Assembly: GCA_964560005.1 (NCBI GenBank)
Contig: CAZLKB010000002.1
Span: 64,381 to 128,380 of the forward strand
Direction: 5' to 3'
DNA from: an uncultured Gammaproteobacteria bacterium
Lineage (GTDB): Bacteria; Patescibacteriota; Patescibacteriia; Patescibacteriales; GWC2-42-12
DNA: 64,000 nt
Shown: piece after piece, positions 8,966 through 18,621 of the stretch
Layout: each line of letters begins with the position of its first letter
Position numbering within the stretch: the stretch's first letter is position 1
Position numbers and translations under genes: made by a program
Notes under the pieces: model-generated
What the model saw: the letters and a program-made list of their open reading frames with translations, nothing else
What the model was told of the DNA's origin: nothing
Database searches by the model: none

Positions 8966-9790
8966 ATGAAAATATTAATTACCGGTAGCCAAGGATTTCT
9001 AGGCAAGCATTTAATACCTCAATTAAAGGCCGATGGGCATAATTGTATTTTTTTTACTGGCGATATTCGCAATAAGAAAGATGTGATTAAGTTATGGGAA
9101 GAAAAAGTTGATATTATCGTTCATTTAGCGGCTCAGATTAAAGGTAAAGACAGCCGGTTGTTTTATGAAGTTAATCAGGCCGGGACCGAAAACATATTAG
9201 AAATATGCCGCGAAATCAAGCCCCGCAGTTTTATTTTTTTATCTAGTATTAGAGTTTTATCCGCCTATCAAAATCCCTATAGTTTATCTAAGAAGGCGGC
9301 GGAGGCGGCGGTGATTAAATCCGGAGTGCCATATATTATTCTTAGGCCAAGCCTGCTTTATGGGCCGGGTGATAAAAATAATTTAGGATTTTTTTTCTCG
9401 CTTTTAGCTCGTTTTCCGGTTGTCCCGATTCATAATTTTAAAATTCAGCCGTTGTTCGTCGGCGATTTGGTAAAAATTATCGCCGGCTGCTTAAATTATA
9501 AAACCAATCAAATTATCAATATTACCGGCGAAGAGACGGTCAGCCTCGATGATCTTTTAAGGCAAGCCAAACCATTGCTTGATCGCCATTCTTATATTTT
9601 ACGCCTGCCATGGTTTTTTATTTGGTTTTTAAAAATAATATCAAGCCTGCCCCTTTTTCCTTTCCCCTGGTGGCAAATTAGGCCGTTATTAAGCAATGAA
9701 ATTTTTAAGAGCGATCCTTGGCCGGTTCTATTTAAAATTAAGCCGACCAAGCTAAGCGATGGCTTGAAGCAGACACTGAATAATCAATAA
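8966..9790 (+). CDS. NAD-dependent epimerase/dehydratase (SDR)
   Basis: Motif ILITGSQGFLGKHL (GxxGxxG) and a YSLSK (YxxxK) catalytic motif. Confidence 0.75.
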   Translation: MKILITGSQGFLGKHLIPQLKADGHNCIFFTGDIRNKKDVIKLWEEKVDIIVHLAAQIKGKDSRLFYEVNQAGTENILEICREIKPRSFIFLSSIRVLSAYQNPYSLSKKAAEAAVIKSGVPYIILRPSLLYGPGDKNNLGFFFSLLARFPVVPIHNFKIQPLFVGDLVKIIAGCLNYKTNQIINITGEETVSLDDLLRQAKPLLDRHSYILRLPWFFIWFLKIISSLPLFPFPWWQIRPLLSNEIFKSDPWPVLFKIKPTKLSDGLKQTLNNQ

Positions 9791-9792
9791 TT

Positions 9793-11208
9793 ATGAAAAG
9801 ATTAAAAGTTTTATTATTAAAACCCTATAGTCAAGTCGATGAATTAATCCCTCCTTTTAGTCTGGGCTATTTAGCAACCGCGATTAGGGAAAAACACGAC
9901 GTAACTATTTTGGACTGCCTTAAGGAAAAGCTGCCGCCGAATAAATTGGAACCAATATTAAAAAGCCATCAGTATGATGTGGTTTGTTTGCAAGTGTTTA
10001 CCTTTCATATTCCCGTAGCTTTAGAGTATATAAAAATTATCAATAGAATTTTACCGCCAGCCAGGATAATTTTAGGCGGCCCGCATCCGTCGGCTGACCC
10101 GGAAAATATTTTTAGTTTATTTCCGCAAATCGATTGGGCTTTTATCGGCGAAGCGGAAATTGGCCTGCCAAAGTTATTGGAATTTATAGCTTTGAATAAT
10201 CCGGTATCGGAGAGTTTGAATGATATACCCGGCCTGATTTGGCGCCGGTCGGACAAGGTTATTGTCAACCAGCAAGTTTTTTGCGTAGATATTGATCAGT
10301 TCGGCATGCCGGCTTGGGACTTGATACGCCCCGACACTTATCCGTTTGCTCCCCACGGCGGTTTTTTTAAGAATTACCCGATTGCGCCGATTATTATTTC
10401 CCGGGGCTGCCCATTTTCCTGCACCTATTGCTCCGGCCGGATCGTTTCCGGGAGGAGAATTCGCTATCGCAGCGTAGTCAAGGTTATTGAAGAAATAAAA
10501 TTACTCTATCATAAATACGGAATCAGAGAAATCCACATAGAAGATGATAATTTTACTCATAACCATGAGTTGGTAAAAGAATTTTGTCGAGAGTTAAAAG
10601 AAAATAAATTGGCCATTAGCTGGACCTGCCCCAATGGCGTGCGGCTTGACAGCCTAACCGAAGATTTGCTTAAGACCATGAAAGAGGCGGGTTTATATTT
10701 TATTTCCGTGGGCATAGAATCGGGATCCGATAAGGTGCTTAAAGATATGAAGAAAAGCTTAACCACCCGGGAAATCAGAGATAAGATTAATTTAATAAAA
10801 AAATGCGGCCTGGAGGTTTCCGGATTTTTTATTATCGGGTATCCTACCGAAACTAGGGAAGATATTGAGAAAACCATTGATTTCGCCTGCAGTTTAAGTT
10901 TAACCAGGGCCGGGTTCTTTTTATTTAAACCCTTTCCTGGCTCTGATATCGCCCGCGAACTGGTTAAAAGGGGAGAATGGCAGTTTAACAATTCGGCCGA
11001 AGCTTGGAGTAAATTTATTTTGGCCGATGCGGTTTATGCTCCCCCGGGGTTTACTTTAAAAGAAATAAAACAATGGCGTAAAAAAGCTTTACGCCGGTTC
11101 TATTTGAGGCCGCGGATAATTATTAATTTTATTAAAGCTATACGCGGACCGAAACATTTTTTGCTTATTATAAAAAGAATTTATAGCTGGCTCTGGCTGG
11201 CAAAATAA
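9793..11208 (+). CDS. B12-binding domain radical SAM enzyme (paralog B)
   Basis: Cluster ISRGCPFSCTYCSG. B12-domain-like N-terminus (LGYLATAIREKHDVTILD). Core motif FISVGIESGS. Confidence 0.85.
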   Translation: MKRLKVLLLKPYSQVDELIPPFSLGYLATAIREKHDVTILDCLKEKLPPNKLEPILKSHQYDVVCLQVFTFHIPVALEYIKIINRILPPARIILGGPHPSADPENIFSLFPQIDWAFIGEAEIGLPKLLEFIALNNPVSESLNDIPGLIWRRSDKVIVNQQVFCVDIDQFGMPAWDLIRPDTYPFAPHGGFFKNYPIAPIIISRGCPFSCTYCSGRIVSGRRIRYRSVVKVIEEIKLLYHKYGIREIHIEDDNFTHNHELVKEFCRELKENKLAISWTCPNGVRLDSLTEDLLKTMKEAGLYFISVGIESGSDKVLKDMKKSLTTREIRDKINLIKKCGLEVSGFFIIGYPTETREDIEKTIDFACSLSLTRAGFFLFKPFPGSDIARELVKRGEWQFNNSAEAWSKFILADAVYAPPGFTLKEIKQWRKKALRRFYLRPRIIINFIKAIRGPKHFLLIIKRIYSWLWLAK

Positions 11209-11233
11209 ATAATAAAGAAAAAATTAATAATTT

Positions 11234-11926
11234 ATGAAACTTTCTATAATCATTCCAGCCTATAATGAAAAAGACACTATCACCCAAATTTTAAACAAAA
11301 TGGAAGGGTTGGATTTGGGCGTAGAAAAAGAAATTATTATTATTGACGACTATTCTACTGATGGCACGCGGGAGATTCTTAAGCAATACCAAAATAAGTA
11401 TCAGATCCTATATCATGATAAAAATTACGGCAAAGGCCGGGCTCTGCGCAGCGGATTAGTTAAGGCCACCGGTGATTATACCGTTATTCAAGATGCCGAT
11501 TTGGAATATGACCCAAACGATTTTAAGACCATGCTCAAGAAAATAACGGAAACTGGCGGACAGGCTGTCTATGGATCGCGCCGACTTCAACATAGTTATC
11601 TTAGAAGGCGCCATTCCGGCCATATTTTTGCTATCGGCGGAATTTTTTTAACCTGGCTGGCCAACTTTTTATACGACATCAATATTACCGATGAACCGAC
11701 CTGCTATAAGATGTTTAAAACCGATTTACTGAAGGAATTGAGTTTGGAATGCGAAGGGTTTGAGTTTTGCCCGGAGGTGACCGCCAAGATCGCTAAAAGA
11801 AAAATAAAAATTTATGAGGTGCCGATTAATTATTACCCCCGGCATAAAAATGAAGGCAAAAAGATTAAGTGGCAAGACGCGGTTACGGCCGTTCGGGTGT
11901 TATTTAAATATAGATTTAAAAAATAA
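11234..11926 (+). CDS. GT2 glycosyltransferase (polyprenyl-phosphate sugar synthase-like)
   Basis: Motifs LSIIIPAYNEKDTI, IIIIDDYSTDGT and QDADLEYDP. Paralog of 6743..7441. Confidence 0.85.
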   Translation: MKLSIIIPAYNEKDTITQILNKMEGLDLGVEKEIIIIDDYSTDGTREILKQYQNKYQILYHDKNYGKGRALRSGLVKATGDYTVIQDADLEYDPNDFKTMLKKITETGGQAVYGSRRLQHSYLRRRHSGHIFAIGGIFLTWLANFLYDINITDEPTCYKMFKTDLLKELSLECEGFEFCPEVTAKIAKRKIKIYEVPINYYPRHKNEGKKIKWQDAVTAVRVLFKYRFKK

Positions 11927-11927
11927 A

Positions 11928-13328
11928 ATGTCTAAAGTATTATTAATAAATCCGCCATGGGTGATCGGTGAAGACAGGAATTTATGGCAGGATGTCGGCA
12001 GTTGCTGGCCAAGTCTGGGTTTGGCTTATATTGCCGCGGTTTTAGAAAAATCCGGCCACCGGGTTAAATATTTGGATTATCCGGCGATGCACTACACGGT
12101 TAATGATACGGCTAAAGCCCTGGCCGATAATAAGGAAAATTTTGATTATATCGGCCTTAGCGCTACCACGCCGTTGGTTAATAACGCACTTGCGATTGCC
12201 AAGGTAGCTAAGAAAATATTTCCTAAAGCTAAAACGGTTTTCGGCGGAGTTCACCCCTCGGTTTTACCCGACGAGGTAATGGCTCATGAGGAGGTTGATT
12301 TCGTAGCCATCGATGAAGGTGAGGAGAGTATGAGCGAGCTGGCCAGCGGGAAAAATCCGGCAGAAATTTTAGGTCTCTGCTATAAATTAGACGGTCAAAT
12401 TGTTAAAAATGCTCCTCGTCCGTTGATTAAAAATTTAGATGAAATTCCGCCTCCGGCCTATCATCTCTTACCTATGGATAAATATTTTCCGGCCGTTGGC
12501 AGTTTTAAGAGGTTGCCGGTTATGATTATGTTTGCCACCCGCGGCTGTCCCGGGCGCTGCACTTTTTGCTACCGTACCTTTCGCGGGATCGTCAGAAAAC
12601 GGTCGGCTCGAAATATTATTGATGAGATAAATATATTGCAGAGAGATTATGGCATAAAAGAAGTGGCTTTTTATGACGATACTTTTACCTTGTTTAAAGA
12701 GGTAGTTCGTGAATTTTGTGATATAATTAAAAAAGAGAAAATTGACCTGACCTGGTCCTGCTTTACCCGGGTTGACCACATCAATGAAGATCTCTTAAAG
12801 ATAATGAAACAAGCGGGCTGCCATTTAATATTATTTGGTATTGAGTCGGCCGATGAGCAGATTTTAAAAAATATAAATAAAAAGATTTCTTTAGATCAAG
12901 CGATTCAAGCGGTCAGAGCCTCTCGTAAAATCGGCATTGAAACCAGAGCCTCTTTTATGATCGGCAATCAAGGCGAGACCGAAGAAACGATTAAAAAAAC
13001 CATTGCATTCGCCATTAAATTGGACCCGGATGAAGTGCAGTTTAATATTGCTACGGCCTATCCGGGAACCGAATTATTCGCTTGGGCTAAAGAGCTGGGG
13101 TACATAAAAAGTTTTAATTGGGACGACTATAGCATGTCAAATGTAGTTTTAGAAATTCCGGGATTACCTCGTGAGAAAATGCAGTATTATTACGAGCTGG
13201 CTCATCGCAAATTTTATTTTCGGCCTAAAGTAATAATCCGCCGCCTCGCCCATATCAGAAGCTGGGAGCAATTTATTCAGGAAATTAAGGGCGGTTTGGC
13301 TTTAATAAAATTAATTTTTAAATTTTAA
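11928..13328 (+). CDS. B12-binding domain radical SAM enzyme (paralog C)
   Basis: I place the start at the ATG at 11928 (MSKVLLINPPW), 1 nt after the upstream stop. The track ORF from 11814 overlaps the GT2 gene. Cluster ATRGCPGRCTFCYR. Confidence 0.85.
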   Translation: MSKVLLINPPWVIGEDRNLWQDVGSCWPSLGLAYIAAVLEKSGHRVKYLDYPAMHYTVNDTAKALADNKENFDYIGLSATTPLVNNALAIAKVAKKIFPKAKTVFGGVHPSVLPDEVMAHEEVDFVAIDEGEESMSELASGKNPAEILGLCYKLDGQIVKNAPRPLIKNLDEIPPPAYHLLPMDKYFPAVGSFKRLPVMIMFATRGCPGRCTFCYRTFRGIVRKRSARNIIDEINILQRDYGIKEVAFYDDTFTLFKEVVREFCDIIKKEKIDLTWSCFTRVDHINEDLLKIMKQAGCHLILFGIESADEQILKNINKKISLDQAIQAVRASRKIGIETRASFMIGNQGETEETIKKTIAFAIKLDPDEVQFNIATAYPGTELFAWAKELGYIKSFNWDDYSMSNVVLEIPGLPREKMQYYYELAHRKFYFRPKVIIRRLAHIRSWEQFIQEIKGGLALIKLIFKF

Positions 13329-13331
13329 CCC

Positions 13332-14048
13332 ATGAAAGAACTGTCAATTATAATCCCGGCGTATAATGAGGAATTAATTTTAGAGGAAGAAATGAAAAAA
13401 ATTATTTTTTCCATGGGAAAAATTTTGGCCGGAGCGGAGTATGAAATATTAGTTGTTGAAAACGGCAGCACCGATCGAACCAAGGAAATAATTTTAAAGC
13501 TTGTGAAAGAATATCCGATTATTAGGGCGATAAATCTTCCTCGGGCCGGTTATGGTTTGGCTTTAAAGGCCGGCCTTTTAGCAGGCGATGGAAAAAATTT
13601 AGCTATTTTTAATGTTGATTTTTGGGACGTAGAATTTATTAAGCAGGCGCTGGGGTTAATTGCTGATTACGATCTGGTGATTGGTTCAAAAAATATGCCG
13701 GGCGCACGCGACCAGCGGAATCTACTAAGGCGATTTGTCACTAAAGCATTTAATATTTTTTTAAGCTTATTTTTTGGTTTCAAGGGCACGGATACGCACG
13801 GAATTAAGCTCGCCTCCAGGGAGAAAATTATTTCTGTTGTGGCTGAATGTAAAACCGACCGAGCCGTATTTGACACGGAGTTTGTGCTTCGGTCCCAGCG
13901 GGCCGGTTTAAGGCTGACTGAAATCCCGGTAAATTGCGTTGAAAAAAGAAAAACCAGGTTTAAGATTATGAGAAGCACCTGGCAGACGGTTAAAGATTTA
14001 ATTATTCTTTTTATAGTTTTGCATAAACATGATGATAAACAATATTAA
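13332..14048 (+). CDS. GT2 glycosyltransferase
   Basis: Motifs LSIIIPAYNEE and ILVVENGSTDRT, with a GT-A fold pattern. Overlaps the next gene by 20 nt. Confidence 0.8.
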   Translation: MKELSIIIPAYNEELILEEEMKKIIFSMGKILAGAEYEILVVENGSTDRTKEIILKLVKEYPIIRAINLPRAGYGLALKAGLLAGDGKNLAIFNVDFWDVEFIKQALGLIADYDLVIGSKNMPGARDQRNLLRRFVTKAFNIFLSLFFGFKGTDTHGIKLASREKIISVVAECKTDRAVFDTEFVLRSQRAGLRLTEIPVNCVEKRKTRFKIMRSTWQTVKDLIILFIVLHKHDDKQY

Positions 14049-15474
14049 AAAGATAATGCCGGAAGGCAAATGGTTTAATTTTTGCCTGGGTTTTATTTTC
14101 ATAATTTTTTTAGCCTTAATTTTAAAAGGTTTTCCGGATAGCCCTTCGCCCTGGTATGACGAAGGCATAAATTTAAACCTAGCAAAAAATTTGGCGCAAA
14201 ACGGGGTTTATGATTTTTCTACGGGCCCGGGCCAGTCTACCGGCAAGCCCTATTTATTGATTACTACCAATTATCCGCTTTTGGCTCCAATGGCAATATT
14301 TTTTAAATTGTTTGGTGCGGGATTACATCAGGAAAAAATCGTTATGGCCGTTTTTTTAATCGCCTTCTTCTGGTTGTTTTATTTGGCGGCAAAAAAATAT
14401 TATGGTAAGAAGGCGGCGTTAATCGGTTTAATATTAGTAACCGGTTTTTTGCCTTTGTATGGCAATGGCAAAGGCGCTTTAGGCGAAATACCGGGTATAG
14501 TTTATTTTTTATCCGGCTTATTAATTTTAGATAAGAAAAAATGGTGGCAGTTGATTTTAGCCGGGCTGTTATTTGGCCTGGCAGCCGCTACCAAGTCGTT
14601 ATATATGCTTTTTATTCCGGCCTTAGCCGGCGGTGAAATTTGGCTGGCGATAAAAAATAAAAAAATTGACTGGCGCAGATGGTGCTATCTGGCGGCCGGA
14701 GGCCTTTTACCCGTCTGCCTTTGGGTTTGGACCATACTACCGGCCAGTTTAAACCAGCAATCGTTTTCTGAATTTATCGCTTATTATTCTAATCCATATA
14801 ATGTGGCCCCCCAGGGCGTCATGTTTAAAAATTTTCTAAGATTCTTTACCGAAACAACCCCGCTACACTTTCTTTCATTGTTCGCCGTATTCCTGATTAG
14901 TAAGATTATCAAGCGGAGGATCAGCCAAATGGAAATTATAGTATGTTTTTTTATTGCTCTTGACTGGTTTTTTTATCTAAAAACTCCGGGTTGGTATAGA
15001 TATTTTTTCCCGGCGCATATCTTGCTTTTTATTTTATTTCCTTTTGCCCTTATGGAAATAGCCGGTAGCCTTTGGGGCGGCAAATTTAGAAAACAGACTA
15101 TATTTATTGCCGTAACCGTAGTTCTTTTGTCGCAAATGGCTCCTATGTTTACCAATATCAACACCAAGCTTTATTATAATCCGACGCCGAGGATTTTCGC
15201 TAATTATATAAATAAAAATATTCCTGCCGATAAGGATATTTTAGTGGTGAATAATCCGGCAGTCGCCTTTATGATAGATCGGGATAAAGTTTGGCAGCGT
15301 TTGGCTATCAATCCCTATCTAACGGTCGGCCGCGATTGGTTCGGCAGAAGCGAGTACCCGGATTACGTGGTTTTAAATGACGGTGGCAACGAGCTTTTGG
15401 GGGAAAATGATTTAACGCCTAAATACAAAAAAGCCTATCAGGCCGATAATGCCATATTGTGGCAGAAACAATAA
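14029..15474 (+). CDS. Polytopic membrane glycosyltransferase, GT-C fold (ArnT-like)
   Basis: 481 aa, multi-TM. First loop SPSPWYDEGINLNLAKNLAQNGVY has an acidic DE motif typical of GT-C enzymes. Confidence 0.7.
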   Translation: MMINNIKKIMPEGKWFNFCLGFIFIIFLALILKGFPDSPSPWYDEGINLNLAKNLAQNGVYDFSTGPGQSTGKPYLLITTNYPLLAPMAIFFKLFGAGLHQEKIVMAVFLIAFFWLFYLAAKKYYGKKAALIGLILVTGFLPLYGNGKGALGEIPGIVYFLSGLLILDKKKWWQLILAGLLFGLAAATKSLYMLFIPALAGGEIWLAIKNKKIDWRRWCYLAAGGLLPVCLWVWTILPASLNQQSFSEFIAYYSNPYNVAPQGVMFKNFLRFFTETTPLHFLSLFAVFLISKIIKRRISQMEIIVCFFIALDWFFYLKTPGWYRYFFPAHILLFILFPFALMEIAGSLWGGKFRKQTIFIAVTVVLLSQMAPMFTNINTKLYYNPTPRIFANYINKNIPADKDILVVNNPAVAFMIDRDKVWQRLAINPYLTVGRDWFGRSEYPDYVVLNDGGNELLGENDLTPKYKKAYQADNAILWQKQ

Positions 15475-15482
15475 TTTTTTTT

Positions 15483-16817
15483 ATGTCTGGAGTTAAGCAA
15501 ATTTATAAACATACCATATTTTGGATAATCATAGGGTCATTTTTAGTCTCTGCTCTTTACGCCTTTCATTTTAAGATTGAGCCGTCGGTAGACGCGCGAG
15601 CCTATAATCAGATTGCCTGGAATCTAGTGACCGGAAACGGTTACCGCGAAAATTTAGAAACCGACTTGGCTCACGATTACGCGATTGCCCGTGTCGGACC
15701 GCTGTATGAATATTTTTTAGCCGGTATTTATAAAATCTTCGGCCATCACTACGAGCCGGTTTGGCTGATCCAGGCCTTACTTCACGCTTTAAGCGCCTGG
15801 TTGGTTTATCTTGCTACAATATTAATATTGGTGGATAACCAAAAGAAAAAAACAGCCGGTTTGTGGGCGGCAGCAATTTTTGCCTTTTATCCTGATTTAA
15901 TAGAAATTTCGGCCATGCTGATGACGGAAACCTTTTCTTTATTCTTTATTTGTCTGATGGTTTATCTTTTTTTTCGTGTTGTTGGGCGGCCCGATTATCG
16001 GCTGATAGCGGTGCTGGGGCTAACGGCCGGGTTGGCGGTATTGGCGCGGCCGCCGGTGATTTTTTTGATTCCGGTTATGTTATTTTATTTTTGGAGAAAA
16101 AAATTGTGGCGCCAGGCAACCCTATTTACATTAATTATTATTTTGGTTTTTATTCCCTGGACCTGGAGAAATTACCAAGCTTACGGACAGCTAATGCCCT
16201 TCGGCGCAGCCGGCAATTTTAATTTTTGGATCGGCAATCGCCATGGCGGCGACGGCGAACAGGGGCCGACCAAGGAACAGATTGAATTCGTCACTACCCG
16301 CGAGCTTAAAGAAGTTAACGGCGAATCCATGAAGCAGTTTAAAAGTTTTTTATATAGCCACCCCTTTGAATTTATTAAATTGACCTGCTTAAGGATAAAC
16401 AAATATTTTAGCGTAATCAGGCCTATGGGGTTTTGGTTTTATCAGGAAGGGCTGGGGCAATTGTTATTTCTTTTATCTTCGGCGGCCGCTTCGGTTATAT
16501 TATTTGTCCTTGGTTTAGGCGGAATTTTAAAAACCGTTTTCTTAAGAGATAAACGGCTTTATTATTTATTAGCCATGGCGGCGTTTACCCCTTTAATTAT
16601 TTTTGTCACTGTTGTAGAAACCAGATATCGTTTTCAGATTTATCCGCTCTTAGCCATTTTCGCCGGTTATTTTATGGTCACACCACCGAAAGACCAGCCA
16701 AGGTGGTGGCAGGGAAGAATTTTTTGGTTGGCGGCCGGTTTAGTTTTTTTAAATGGCCTGATTGACGCGTTTTTGAGCCTGGAAAGACTTAAGGAAAGAT
16801 TCGGTTTATTTTTTTAA
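15483..16817 (+). CDS. Polytopic membrane glycosyltransferase, GT-C fold (GT39-like)
   Basis: Start moved to the ATG at 15483 (MSGVKQ), which avoids overlap; the track start is 15459. First loop VDARAYNQIAWNLVTGNGY, many TM helices. Confidence 0.7.
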   Translation: MSGVKQIYKHTIFWIIIGSFLVSALYAFHFKIEPSVDARAYNQIAWNLVTGNGYRENLETDLAHDYAIARVGPLYEYFLAGIYKIFGHHYEPVWLIQALLHALSAWLVYLATILILVDNQKKKTAGLWAAAIFAFYPDLIEISAMLMTETFSLFFICLMVYLFFRVVGRPDYRLIAVLGLTAGLAVLARPPVIFLIPVMLFYFWRKKLWRQATLFTLIIILVFIPWTWRNYQAYGQLMPFGAAGNFNFWIGNRHGGDGEQGPTKEQIEFVTTRELKEVNGESMKQFKSFLYSHPFEFIKLTCLRINKYFSVIRPMGFWFYQEGLGQLLFLLSSAAASVILFVLGLGGILKTVFLRDKRLYYLLAMAAFTPLIIFVTVVETRYRFQIYPLLAIFAGYFMVTPPKDQPRWWQGRIFWLAAGLVFLNGLIDAFLSLERLKERFGLFF

Positions 16818-16843
16818 TCTATTAAATCACTGGCTAAATTTTT

Positions 16844-17881
16844 ATGACGATTTGTTTTTTTGGAATATATAATCCGGACTATAGCCGCAATAGCATTCTG
16901 ATTAAGGGGCTCGAGCAGAATGGGGTTAAAATATTATTTTGTAATTCCAGAAGCGGCAGAATTAAGAAATATCTTTCTTTGGTGGCTAAGCATTGGCAGA
17001 TTAGGAAAAAATATGATGTTATGCTGGTGGCGTATCCAGGATATCAGGCAGTGATTTTAGCAAAACTGTTAACCAGAAAGACGATAATCCTTGACGCCTT
17101 TTTTTCCCTTTACGATTGCCAGGTTTGCGACAGGAAAATTAATAAGCCGCATAGTTTAAAAGCTTTTTATTATTGGTTTTTAGACTGGTTATCCTGCAGT
17201 CTGGCGGATAAGGTTTTACTCGATACTCAGGCGCAGATAAGGTATTTTTGCCGGCTATTTCATCTAAAAGAAAAAAAATTTATGAGAGTTTTGGTTGGCG
17301 CGGATAATGAATTTATTAAACCTAGGCAACCGAAAGACAAAGATTGTTTGCTGATTCATTTCCATGGCTACGCCACCCCGCTGCAGGGCGTAAGCACAAT
17401 AGTGGCGGCTGCCCATTTGCTTGAACACGAGAATATTAAGTTTAATTTAGTCGGAAATAAAATTAAAAGATATGATGCTAAAGCAGGGCTGGCCGGAAAT
17501 ATAAACTATATTATGACGGCGCCTTATCCGGAATTAGTAAAGATAATGGCCGAAGCCGATGTTTGCTTGGGGATTTTCGGCGACACCACAAAAACACAAG
17601 TGGTTATTCCCAATAAAGTTTATGAAGCGCTGGCCGCCGGCAAGGCCGTTATTACCGCCGATACCCCGGCAGCCAGAGAATTGTTAATTGATCATGAGAA
17701 CTGCTTGTTTTGTCGAACCTCTGACCCGAAAGATTTGGCGGAAAAAATCATGATTTTAAAAAATAACCCTGAACTGCTGAAGACGATTGCCGAAAAGGGT
17801 TACAATTTGTTTATTAACCGGTTAACGCCGCAAAAAGTTACTGCCGAATTAGCGGCTTTAATTGAACAATATGGAAATTAG
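16844..17881 (+). CDS. Glycosyltransferase, GT-B fold
   Basis: 345 aa. C-terminal IPNKVYEALAAGKAVITADTPAARELL resembles a GT1/GT4 donor-binding region. Confidence 0.7.
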   Translation: MTICFFGIYNPDYSRNSILIKGLEQNGVKILFCNSRSGRIKKYLSLVAKHWQIRKKYDVMLVAYPGYQAVILAKLLTRKTIILDAFFSLYDCQVCDRKINKPHSLKAFYYWFLDWLSCSLADKVLLDTQAQIRYFCRLFHLKEKKFMRVLVGADNEFIKPRQPKDKDCLLIHFHGYATPLQGVSTIVAAAHLLEHENIKFNLVGNKIKRYDAKAGLAGNINYIMTAPYPELVKIMAEADVCLGIFGDTTKTQVVIPNKVYEALAAGKAVITADTPAARELLIDHENCLFCRTSDPKDLAEKIMILKNNPELLKTIAEKGYNLFINRLTPQKVTAELAALIEQYGN

Positions 17882-17922
17882 TGAATATTACGATAAAAAA
17901 TTAAGCAGTAATTAATAAATAT

Positions 17923-18603
17923 ATGTTTTATTTCGTGGGAATGAGAAAACCTGATTTTAAAAACGTTAAACTTTTTGATTATGAAGAATATTGGCGTTTT
18001 CGGGGCTTAAAAATAAGAGAGAAATTAAGGGATAGGGAGAGAATTTTTATTGATTGGATTAAAGAGGGTTCTTCAGTTTTAGACATTGCCTGCGGCGATT
18101 CACCGCTTCTAGCGGAGCTAAAAAAAAGAAAAAATTGTCAGGTTGAGGGTTATGATTTGTCTTCTTTAATTGTTGGGGAGCAGAAGAAAAAGGGGGTTGA
18201 GGCTAAAGTTAAAGACATTGGCGCTAAAGATTTTCGCTTAGAAAAAAAATATGATTATATTGTTTTAAGCGAGATTGTAGAGCATTTAGTGCTGCCGGAA
18301 GAGTTGATTAATAAAATAAAGAATCAGGCTAAGTATTTAATTATTTCCATTCCCAACTCCGCCTTCTATCGTTATCGCTTAGATTTTTTATGGAAGGGTC
18401 GATTCTTTACCCAATGGGCATATCATCCTTCTGAACACTTAAGGTTTTGGAGCCATCTTGATTTTACGGATTGGCTTAAGGCGCTAGATTTACGCTTAGT
18501 TGATTGTCGGGCTTCAAACGGCCTGACCCTTGGTCCGTTAAAGATTTTTAAATGGAGGAAAAACTTATTTGGTTATCAGATTTGTTACTTAATTAAAACC
18601 TGA
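17923..18603 (+). CDS. Class I SAM-dependent methyltransferase (MetW-like)
   Basis: Motif I VLDIACGDSPLL and a YDYIVLSEIVEHL core. Confidence 0.7.
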   Translation: MFYFVGMRKPDFKNVKLFDYEEYWRFRGLKIREKLRDRERIFIDWIKEGSSVLDIACGDSPLLAELKKRKNCQVEGYDLSSLIVGEQKKKGVEAKVKDIGAKDFRLEKKYDYIVLSEIVEHLVLPEELINKIKNQAKYLIISIPNSAFYRYRLDFLWKGRFFTQWAYHPSEHLRFWSHLDFTDWLKALDLRLVDCRASNGLTLGPLKIFKWRKNLFGYQICYLIKT

Positions 18604-18621
18604 CGGGTGTTTTCTGAATTT

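Noticed and set aside
11814-11927. Track ORF 11814..13328 extends 38 codons upstream and overlaps the GT2 gene. This could be read as a GT2-rSAM fusion or a programmed frameshift.
   Set aside because: The extension is in a different frame from the GT2 gene and has no domain-like sequence. A canonical ATG (MSKVLLINPPW, the typical start of these rSAM proteins) lies at 11928, 1 nt after the GT2 stop. The same reasoning applies to the N-terminal extensions at 42816..42893 and 53177..53233.
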